DNA of 20,000 bases from Rhizaria sp. SCN 62-66 (taxonomy: Eukaryota): positions 45,619-65,618 of the forward strand of contig MEDY01000140.1 in NCBI GenBank assembly GCA_001724265.1, written 5' to 3'. The notes beneath the pieces are model-generated. The model was given only the letters and a program-made list of their open reading frames with translations. It was not told where the DNA came from and did no database searches. Made by a program: the position numbers and the translations under genes. Below are positions 10,900-20,000 of this stretch, in pieces (the first letter of the stretch is position 1; every line of letters begins with the position of its first letter).

Positions 10900-13056
10900 T
10901 CATGTCGAAGGACGCTTGACCTGGAAAGCCACAGAACCATCACCCTCGCTGCCGTCCAGCTGATCCTGCTCCTGTAGCGGCTCATTTTGCTCGCGCTCGT
11001 CCTAATCATTCTCATCATCCGCATCCGCGCTCGCAGCCACGTCAGCCGCAGCCCCCGGCGCGGCCCTCTTGACACCGCCCTTAGAGCACGCCGCGGCCGC
11101 CGCGACAAGCACCTTCTGCAGCGCCTCTTTGCGCGCAACGGCGGCGTCAACTGCGCCGCGGAGCTCGTCGCACTCGCGCAGCTCCTGGCGCGCGCGCTCG
11201 TGCATGCCCGTGAGCAGCGCAAACAGCTGCTGCGCGCCGCCCATGACGCGCAGGAAGCCCTCGAGCTTGGAGCCTGACTCGACGACCGACTGCACAAAGG
11301 CCTTGTTGGGCAGCTGTCGGGCGTCAGAGGCGAAGTTGAGCGTCGTCACCGTCTCCTGAGCGTTGCTGGGCGAGGGCGAGATGTTGGCGATGAGGCAGAG
11401 CTTGCTGTTGCCGCCGATGAGCCCGCGCAGCAGCAGTGTAAGCTTCGAGTTGCGGTACGACTTGTACTGTTGGTTCTGCACCAGTGAGCGCAGCATCGAA
11501 CCCAGCTCAGACAGAGACTTGTTGATGTTCGACGCCTCATTGAGCTGCGAGCCGCCCGACGCGCCCGTGGTCTTGGCGCACTCGGAGCCGGCCAGATCCA
11601 CAAGCGTGAGCTTCGACGTCGTCGCCACAGTGCCCAGGTCCGTCACGCGGCGCGCAGTGATAGTCACGGTAAAAAACGAGTGCGAGCGCGATGACTTGGC
11701 GTTCATGAGCGTCGCGCCGCTGTGCCGGTTCGCGTTGCCCGCGCGCAAGTGCGCTAGTGCGTCCTCGGCGGACGTGATCACGTGCTCCACCAAGTTCACC
11801 GGCTCGCCGTTCATGATGCGCACTTCGGTGTTCTCGACAGGGCCGGGGCCCGTGGACACGGCGGGCGGCGCCAGCAGGTCGAACACCTTGATGTTGTAGA
11901 TCTCCAGGAATGAGCAACGGCACTCGACGATTGCGCCCTCGCTCGCCTGCTGCGCGCGGATCTTACTGAACAGGTCGGCCAGTACACGCGGGATCAGACC
12001 GCGCTGGTCGCTGCTGTCATAAAAGCCAGACTGTGCGTACGCCTGCGCCTGCGCCTGTGCGCTGGGGGCGTCGAGCGTCGGGCCCATCATCGTGAACGTC
12101 TTGCCCGAGCCCGTCTGCCCGTAGACAAGAATGGTCCCGTTGAAGCCGGCGAGACAGGAGTCGACGACTGGACGGCCCGCGTGCTCGTACACAGCGCCCT
12201 GCGTCGTGGCCTGGTCGAGCACAGAGTCGAAGTTGAACTGCCGCGGCGGCGCGCCGGGCTGCTGCACGACGACGGAGCCGTGGCCGTCAAACTTGAGAAA
12301 GCCGTCGCCCTCGGCCGCCGAGCCCAGCGCGCGCGTCTCGTTCATGTTGGCCGGGCGCACGCGCACGAGCACGGAGACGCTGTTGTTGGCCAGCGCGGCC
12401 GCGGCGGCGGCGGCAGAGGCGGACACCGCGGCGCTGCTGTTGTTCGCGGAGGCGGCGCTGGATAACAGCGCGGGTGCGGAGGCAACGAGGGACTGCGCGC
12501 CCAGGGCCGCGGCGGAGACTGGGAGAGGCGCGGACGCAGAGGTCGGCGTCGGAGTGCCAGCCGCAGCGGCCGCCGCGGCGGCCGGGTCGCTGGCAGACAT
12601 GGTGCCGGAGCTGGTGCTGTTCAGCGAAAGCGAAACGTGCGGGTTCGAGCCGCTACGCGCGCGCATGCCGGGAATCAGGCCGGACGTCTTGCCGCCCTGT
12701 GATGCGGAAGCGGAGGCAGAGGCAGCGGATGCACCAACAGCGGCGGCGGACGGGGCGGAGGACATGGCAGTGCCGGCGACGGAGCTGGGAGCAGTGCTAG
12801 GACGCATGTTCTCGGGCGCCATAACGGCGGCAAGCACAGCGGACTCACGCTCGGTCAAAGAACGCGCAGGGGCGCGAGGAGACTTGAGCAAGTTGTTGAA
12901 CGGGTTGCCGCCAGAGGGAGCGCCCGAAGCAGCGGCCGCGGCCGCGAGGGCGAGCGCCGCACCTGATGGACGCGCGCTATAAGCGTTATTGGAAGACGTG
13001 GAGGATCCCACGGCGCCAAGAATCGAGTCCTTGCGCTGCTTCGCCGAGTGTTGCAT
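10900..13056 (-). CDS. Kinesin motor protein (closest in appearance to kinesin-12/KIF15), ~718 aa if TAG 11002-11004 is read through to TGA 10900-10902
   Basis: Contains VLVRVRP, P-loop YGQTGSGKTFTM, RGLIPR, SFLEIYN, switch I NAKSSRSH, switch II LVDLAGSE, NINKSLSELG and YRNSKLT.LL. There is a ~225-aa low-complexity N-terminus and a short C-terminal coil. The subfamily is an inference from GKTFTMMGP and CSFLEIYN. Confidence 0.92.
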
Positions 13057-13295
13057 CCGGAACAACAGACACCAGAGAGAACGAGGTCACAAACAACTCG
13101 CAATGGAGCGGCACGAGGTGGTGGGGACTGTGCAGAAGGAAACATGTTTCGTTTAGAAATCGATTAAAAGAAGATATGAGAAATAGTGAATAGTTAGATA
13201 ATTGATCGTGAAAATAGAATATATGGCGTTCATTAAGTTTCACTGAATGACCATAGAGCAGTGTGTGAAATAAAATGACTCGTGTCTGGGCGAGA

Positions 13296-13350
13296 TAGCC
13301 GTTGGCGTTTCGAGGCTGACAATCGGATCCAACGGCTAGATCAACGGCGG
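13296..13350. promoter_or_regulatory. Cluster of three MSA-like (YAACGG, 3R-Myb-type) elements in a bidirectional promoter
   Basis: TAGCCGTTGG (13296-13305) is the exact reverse complement of CCAACGGCTA (13329-13338); a third copy TCAACGGCGG lies at 13341-13350. The cluster is midway between the divergent ATGs at 13056 and 13541. Confidence 0.55.
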
Positions 13351-13540
13351 TTTGTTGTATAAGGATAGACGTATATTCTATAAATTAAATTAAGCGATAG
13401 TCAAATGAATAGACTACTAATGTGTTGCTCCCTATACTCAGTAAATTATGCACATTGAAAACGTTCGTTTATATGCTGAAACTCACCCTCTATCACACAC
13501 TCTGTTGTCGCACGCACTATCCGCTCTTAGAAGTCGCCCC

Positions 13541-16500
13541 ATGTCCGAAGACTCTGCGGACACCACGACATCTATTCTTGACGATCTTGTACGTTTTATA
13601 ATCGTGCTTTGCGTAATGTTGCTTTATCCTCGCATCTTGTTCTTACCTGGCATATCCTTCTTTCCTGCCTGAACCCGGCTCCAACTGACACGACATCACC
13701 TTGACTTCTGACCACTCTCTCATACCATTTGCTTCTCAACATAGAACGGCTCGTTCGCCGAGCGCCACGGTGACCTTCTAGCGGATGTTGCTGACGTGAC
13801 CGTTGGCGACGCTGGCGAGTGGTCCAACACCATTCCCGAAGACGCCGAGGAGGCCGAGGACGATAACGAGAACGTTGCCCCGCTCCCCAGCGCTCCCCCC
13901 ACCGCCCGCGCCGCCGCGACCGCTGCCGCCGCCGCGCGCACCAGCAAGACCGCCGTTGTTGCCGCATCTACTGGCGTGAAGCGCTCGCTGACTGCGCGCC
14001 CTGGGCTCTCCGTTGCGGGCACGTCCCGCGCCAGCCTCGCGGCGGGCTCTGTGCCCTCGGCCTCCGTCGCGGGCTCCAGCCGCCTCTCGGTGGCCCCCAG
14101 TGCGGGCGTGCCGCGCTGCGCGACGTCGCGCCTTACGCTGAGCAGCTCCGCGTCGGTCTCGGCCGCGGCAGCGCTGTCTGCGGGCGACCAGGGCAAGCTG
14201 CGCGACCTGGAGCGCAAGATGAAGGAGCTGAACCAGCAGCTCAACGACAAGGCCCGCGAGGCCGCGCAGGCCGCCGCCGCGCGCGACGCCGCCGAGCGCG
14301 CGGCCAAGCTCGCCAAGGACGAGAGCGAGAAGCTGCGCGCGCGCGTGGCCGAGTCGCGCGAGGAGGTCCGACTGGCGGGCGCCGAGAAGACGCGGCTCAG
14401 CAAGGAGCTCGCCGGGCTCCAGAGCCGCCTCACGGGTGCAAGCAAGGACGCGGACAAGATCGCCGCGCTCGAGGCAACGAAGAAGGAGATTGCTGCGCAG
14501 CACCAGGAGCAGAGCAAGAAGGCCGACGCCGCGGCCAAGGCGCTCAAAGACGCCGGCCGCCGCGCCGAGGAACTGGAGCGCGAGATGCAGCAGCAGGCGC
14601 GCGCGCACGAGGACGCCACGGCCGCGCTCGAAGCCAAGGTTGCCGCCGCTGAAGCCGCGACGGCCGCGCAGAAGGACGCCGCGTTCAAGGTGGCCGAGCA
14701 GATGCGTATGCTCGAGGGCCGGCTCTCCGACGCGCAGTTGCAGTCGCTGCGTGACGCACAGGGCCAAGAACACGAGGTCTCCAAGGTGCGCGAGCTTGTC
14801 GACGCCGAGCGCGACGCCAAGAAAGAGGTCCAGACCGCGCTGGAGAAGGCGCAGCGCGCGCTGGCGCAGTCTGAGGCCGAGCGCGAGCGCCTCATCGGGC
14901 AGGTCGCGACCGCCAACGTGCAGACGGGCAACGCGACCGCGGACCTGGAGGCCGCGCGCGCCGAGAATGCTGCTGCCAAGGCGCGCCGGCTCGAGATGAC
15001 CGAGAAGCTTATCGCGCTCGAGGCCGAGCAGGCCGCGCGCGCTCAGGAGGCAGCCGCGCTGACCGAGCAGCTCGCCGCGGCCGTGGCCGAGACTGAGACT
15101 CTGACTGCCGCCCGCGATGAGCTGCTCAGCGAGCGCGACGCCGCGCAGCAGGCCGCCGAGGAGCTCGCCGCCGCCGTCGCGGCCACGCAAGCCGAGCTCG
15201 AGGTAGCGCGCGGCGATGCGGCGGGCCAGTCGCAGCGCGCGGCCGCCGCCGAGGAGCAGAGCACCGAGCTGCAGGCCACGCTTACCGCGACCGAGTCCGC
15301 GCTTGCCAACGCCGTGGCGCAGATGGGCGCGCTGGGCACCGACGAGAAGCGGCTCCAGACCGAGCTCGCGGCCGCGCGCAAGCGCCAGCAGGACCTCGAG
15401 GCGCTCGTAGCTACTGCTGACGGCCGCGTTGACGAGCTCGAGGAGGAGCTGGCCGGCGCTAAGGCCGAGATCGCGCGTGTCGGCGAGGAGCTCGCGGGCA
15501 AGAGCGAGGAGCTGGTCAAGTACGAGGAGATGTGGACCGCTTGCGAAAAGAATCTCAATGAGACCAAGGTCGCGCTTGCCTCCTCTGAGGACGCGTGCTC
15601 CACTCTCAAGGATCAGCTTGCTTCCGCGGAGGCTGCTGCCGAGACCGCCGCCGCCGAGCACGCCGCCGCTGCTGCCACCGCGTCCGAGAAGCTCGTCGCC
15701 TCCGAGGCCGCGCACGTCGAGACGACCGCCGCGCTTGCCGCCGCCACCGCCCGCGGTGACTCGCTCGCCGCCGAGCTCGCCACCGAGCAGAGCGCGCACA
15801 GCGAGACGCGCACCGAGCTTGCCAGCACCGAAGCCGCGCGCGCCGCTGCTGCAGCCGAGTGCGAGTCGCTTCGCGGCTCCCTCGACGGCACCGGCGCGAA
15901 CCTGAGCGAGACCGCCGCCGCGCTGGCCGCTGCTTCCGCGCAAGCCGCCGCTTTCGGCGAGGACAAGACCGCGCTCGAGGCCACCGTTGCCGAGCTGCGC
16001 GCCGCACTAGCTGCGCTTCAGACCGCCAAGGCCGAGGGCGACGCCGCTGCTGATGCCGCCGCCGCTGCCGCGCGCGAGGCTGCCAACGCAGCCGCTAAGG
16101 CTGCCGCAGCTGCTGCTGAGGCCGCCGCCGACGAGATCGAGCGCCGTGACGCCGCCATTGCTGAGGCCCAGGCCGAGCGCGACGTCGCCCAGGCCGCTCT
16201 CGAGGACTCCGCTGCGCAGCTGACCGCTGCCAAGGCCGCCAGCGACGCACTGCGCGCTGACATCGCCGCCCTGCGCGAGAAGAACGCGGGTAGCGAGGTC
16301 GAACGCGGCGCCGCTGCTCTGCGCGCCGACGAGTTCGAGTCCGCGCTCACTGAGGCCAAGGCCGTGAGTGAGCGCATCGAACAGTCGCTGGGCAAGTCGC
16401 AGGCGGCGCTTGCGGCGTCCGAGGCCGCGGTCAAGGCGCTCCGCAGCGACAAGGCCCAAGTTGAGGACGAGCTCGCGACCGCGCAGGCCGCGCTGTCCAG

Positions 16501-18442
16501 CGCTGAGGGCTCACTGGCGACTGTGACCGGCGAGCTCAAGGCTGCGCGCATCGCGATCGAGGAGGCCAACGTGGCCAAGGACGAGACCGCGACCGAGCTG
16601 GCCACGGCCCGCGGCGAGCTTGCCGCGCGCGAGAGCGAGCTGGCGAAGCTGCAGGTAATCAAGGCGCGTCTGGAGGAGAACTATGAGCAGGCCAAGTCCG
16701 CTATCAGCGAGGCCGACGCCGAGTGCGGCGATCTGGGCCGCGAGCTTGACGAGACCAAGGCCGCGCTCGCCGACGCGCTCGCCGACGCCGCGGCCAACGC
16801 GCGCGAGACTGAGTCGGTGCGCCGCGCGCTGGAGCTGTCGCGCAAGACGACCGAGGAGACGCTGCACGAGCTCGAGTCGGTGCGCCAGCTGCGCTCGTCA
16901 ACTGATTCGCGCATGTGCGAGACGGAGACCAAACTGACTGCCGCGCTGGCCCAGGCCGAGGAGCTCTCCGCCAAGCTCGTTGTCACGACCAGCCAGAATA
17001 AGGCGCTGGGCACGGAGCTGGAGGAGCTCCGCCGCAGCAAGCACGCGCAGGAGGAGAAGCTGCTTTGCACGCAGGACGAGGTCGCTGTGCTGCAGTCTAA
17101 GCTCGACTCTGCCACGCGCGCTGATGCCGCCGCGCGCGCGCAGCTCGCCGAGACGTCCGCCGCGCTTACCAGCACCGCAGCGTCTCTTGAGACGGCCGAG
17201 GCGGCGCTCGCGCAGTCGCAGGATGCCGCCGTGACGGCCACGTCCCGCGCCGAGCTCGCCGAGGAGCGCGTCCAGGAGCTCCAGCAGCTCCAGGAGGGCT
17301 CCGCGTCCGATTCGCGCCAGCTCAAGACGGAGCTGCTCGAGGCCAACCGGCGCATCGAGACGCTGCGCGCGCGCGAGCGCGAGCTGAGTCAGTGCGAGGA
17401 GAAGCAGCGCGAGCGTGCGACGGCGCAGGAGCTGCGCGCGGGCAATGCCGAGGAGGCGTTGCTCGCGGCTGAGCGCGCGCGTTCCGAGCTCGAGCTGGCT
17501 CTTGCGACCGCCAAGGACGAGCTTGCCAACAGCACCGACGCCGTGAGCCGCGGCGACAAGAAGCTCACGAAGCGCAACGAGGCGTACCAGACGCTTAAGG
17601 GCGAGCTAGACGAGGTGCAGAAGCGGCTCCGCGACGCCGAGGGCCGCGAGCGCGAAGGCGCCAAGGCCAGCGAGGCGCTCGCGCGCCGTCTGGAGCACTT
17701 CGAGTGCGAGCACGCCAACGTGTCGCAGCAGCTCGCGCAGGTGCAGCAGGCGCTGGCCGAGGCCAAGTCCGTGCGCTCGCAGATCGAGATGGCGCACCGC
17801 GCGGCGTCGACCTCGCTCGAGGAGTACAACACCGCGCTCGCGGAGGCCAACGCCAACACCGAGGCCGCGGCTGCCGACGCCACCAAGCAGCGCGAGGCCC
17901 GTCGCGCGGCGTGCGCCGAGGTCGCTGTGCTCAAGCGCCGCGAGCTTGATCTCCGCGCTGAGGTCGAGGGCCTCCAGGAGCAGATCAAGCAGAAGGACGT
18001 GCGCATCAAGACGCTTACGTCGGTGCAGATCTCTCTGCGCCCTGCACCCGCGTCCTCGACGGCGGCCGTCTCTGCTGCCGCGCCCGCCGCAGCCACCGCT
18101 CCTGTCGCCGCCAGTGCGGAGCCTGTCGCCGCGAGCGTGACCAAGGTCGCCTCAGTCTCTGCTGCCGCTCCTGCCGCGGACGCCGGCACCGACCTCCCCG
18201 CCGCCGTCACCGCCGCGTCGCTGCGTACGTCCACGCGCGCGCGCGGTGGCATTCTCTCCGCGCTTGGCAGTAGCAACACGCGCCGCGCCGCTGCGGCTGC
18301 GCCCGAGGGCGGTGAGTTTGAGAAGCCCGCCGCCGCGCCCGCCGCTGGCACGGCGCGCCGCTCAACGCGCGCCGCCGCCGCGCCCGTCGCCGACGCCGAA
18401 AACGATGACTTCCTGATGAAGATGAACAGCTACAGCAAGTAA
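13541..18442 (+). CDS. Very long Ala/Glu-rich coiled-coil protein (~1581 aa), exons 13541-13588 and 13745-18442
   Basis: ATG 13541 gives MSEDSADTTTSILDDL, then a phase-0 intron GTACGT...CATAG (13589-13744) joins in frame to the 1548-aa ORF. About 1250 aa show continuous heptad character between disordered basic Ser/Ala-rich termini; TAA stop. Confidence 0.88.
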
Positions 18443-18904
18443 GTTGCTTGTGTGAAATTAGATGAAGGTATGAATGTTTCAGTGAGTGCAAGTGTTATGT
18501 GTGATATAATGAAGTGTAATAAGTGGACGGTCTTAACAAGCGTCTCGTGGAGAGGATCCACAAGCGCAAAGAGCGTCTAACATCAATGATGATAAGAAAA
18601 CCCGCAATCATGGGCGTATAATGGCGGCGAATTAATAGCTGCCGTTCCAACCGGTAGCCCTGACGTGATGTACGTGGAGAGGTTTGTGAAAAACGCAAAA
18701 ACGCGCCTGGAAGGGGCAGTTTGAAATAGTTATATAACTTTGCTAAACATCCGCCAAATAAAGCAAATTTTTGATATCATGTATGAAACTCTTTTTTTAA
18801 TTCTTTTCATAATTATAATTGCATAATTGCGCTGGAGTATCTTCCTACGAAGACGCGTGGTCTCACCCCCTCCTCAACAATACTTTACGAATTCCTTCGC
18901 GCCG

Positions 18905-20000
18905 ATGGCACCTCAAACCAACGCGCGCCGCCGCGGCAGGCGCAGCACGCGTAGCAAGGACAGTGATGTTTCTGGCCGTCGCGCAAAAGCCGTGCTGACG
19001 TTTGCTCTTATCATGAACGTGATCACCTTCCTCCTGATGACCGAGACCTTCATCCTCGCCAACGTCGCCAAGCACTTCAAGCTTTCCGCCACGTCGGCTT
19101 ACCGTGCTGTCCGTTCGGCGACTCTTCTTTCCAACAAGGTTATCTCGAAGTCAGACTTCTATTACGGGCAGCTGCCTGAGCAGACATGTGAAGACAGAGA
19201 GACTGTGCCTTCAAGTGACGAGTGACCCTGAGCAGCAAAGAAACCAAGCTGGCTTTAAGGGTCAGGTGAGCTCGACATACGTCAACCAATCCTGCATCTT
19301 ATTGGCAGTTTCAACGACTGTTCGTGGACCTCCCCTCACTTAGATTGCTTGTCTCGTTGTTTCTTCAAGTCTCTCTGCCTTGTGGATTTCTGTTCTAACC
19401 AGTGTCACGTTGATAACACTTATCAGACTGGGGAGTCAGTTTGCTCATGTAATCATAGGCTTTGTCCACACTCTGTTTGAAGCCGGACACGATGTTGCAA
19501 CCTGTGATCAGCCGCATAGCATGCAGTGTCACTTTGATACGCAGGTTGTTAGCCAACCACCTGGTCAACGAAGACCTTGAACTTGTCGTTAAAGGTAAGG
19601 TCAAGGGGCTGTAGCTCCGAGGTCATACCGGACGGGATGAAGATGTACAAGATATCGCGCGACTCAAGAACTGGTCAAGAATAAGGACGGTGTTTGTCGC
19701 AGTTAAACCAGATGGGTTGATCCTGTACTGCACAAGAGGGTCAACCCATCTGGTTTAATTGCGACGAACACCGTCCTTATTCTTGACCAGTTCTTGAGTC
19801 GCGATATCTCGTACGTCTTCATCCCGTCCGGTATGACCTCTGAGCTACAGCCCCTTGGCCGCACATTTAACGACATTCTAAAGGTCTTCGTTAACTAGGT
19901 TGTTGGACCAGGTGCATCCACAAGGGGGTCAACAACTTCCCTGTGTCTGCTCAGGCAGCAAGCGTTGAGGCTAACAACCTGCGTATCAAAGTGACACTGC
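18905..20000 (+). mobile_element. Decayed, rearranged pogo/Tigger-type (Tc1/mariner superfamily, DDE_1) DNA transposon; extends beyond the window
   Basis: ORF 18905-19225 resembles a CENP-B N-terminal HTH (RRAKAVLTFALIMNVI...LANVAKHFKLSATSAYRAVR). 19743-19895 reads NTVLILDQF...YVFIPSGMTSELQPLGRTFN, and the inverted copy reads YIFIPSGMTSELQPLDLTFNDKFK, the pogo 'P..T..LQPLD...N..FK' motif. Internal deletion and frameshifts are present; no TIR was identified. Confidence 0.78.
19523..20000. repeat. Long inverted repeat: arms 19559-19720 and 19741-19900, plus 19523-19554 and 19969-20000; spacer of 20 nt or less
   Basis: Manual alignment shows roughly 90% identity over ~160 bp with one 2-nt indel. 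A ~65-nt extra segment follows in the right arm, then a perfect 32-bp match reaches the window edge. Confidence 0.95.

Noticed and set aside
1756-11004. Pyrrolysine insertion or programmed readthrough as the explanation for the TAGs
   Set aside because: Pyrrolysine is not known in eukaryotes. The sites lie in non-catalytic linkers and share no downstream readthrough motif.
18439-18444. GTAAGT overlapping the TAA stop of the coiled-coil gene as a possible splice donor
   Set aside because: It differs from the local GTACG donor style, the following sequence looks like an AT-rich 3' UTR, and no convincing downstream exon was found. Not fully excluded.
13720-18491. Long antisense and alternate-frame ORFs over the coiled-coil gene, and similarly over other genes (e.g. 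7423-8676, 12131-12982, 22-687)
   Set aside because: These are shadow ORFs expected from GC-rich, strongly biased codons; they have no independent protein motifs.
18540-18800. Candidate left TIR of the pogo element (CGTGGAGAGG occurs twice, near 18546 and 18673)
   Set aside because: The other end of the element is outside the window, so no TIR or TA target duplication can be verified.
1-20000. CRISPR arrays, tRNA or rRNA genes, including a suppressor tRNA(CUA)
   Set aside because: No repeat-spacer array, cloverleaf with A/B boxes or rRNA signature was seen in this window.

Overview
Gene-dense eukaryotic (probably flagellated protist) DNA, with GC-rich low-complexity exons, AT-rich spacers and introns that all begin GTACG. 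Eight host genes can be modelled: a PHD-finger protein (runs off the left edge), SERF/4F5, a small TPR protein, a predicted membrane protein, a PRCC-like protein, a DUF3228 protein, a kinesin (kinesin-12-like motor) and a ~1580-aa coiled-coil protein. The right end holds a decayed pogo/Tigger-type DNA transposon whose DDE region is duplicated as a long inverted repeat. The main observation is that three unrelated genes each carry one in-frame TAG inside otherwise continuous coding sequence (1756, 4089, 11002). Once those are read through, all seven complete genes end in TAA or TGA. This points to a nuclear genetic code in which UAG alone is a sense codon (Gln most likely) while UAA and UGA remain stops. 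Also notable are a cluster of MSA-like (AACGG) sites in the kinesin/coiled-coil bidirectional promoter, a PHD finger with very long loop insertions, and the fold-back transposon derivative. All calls come from manual reading; no searches were run.
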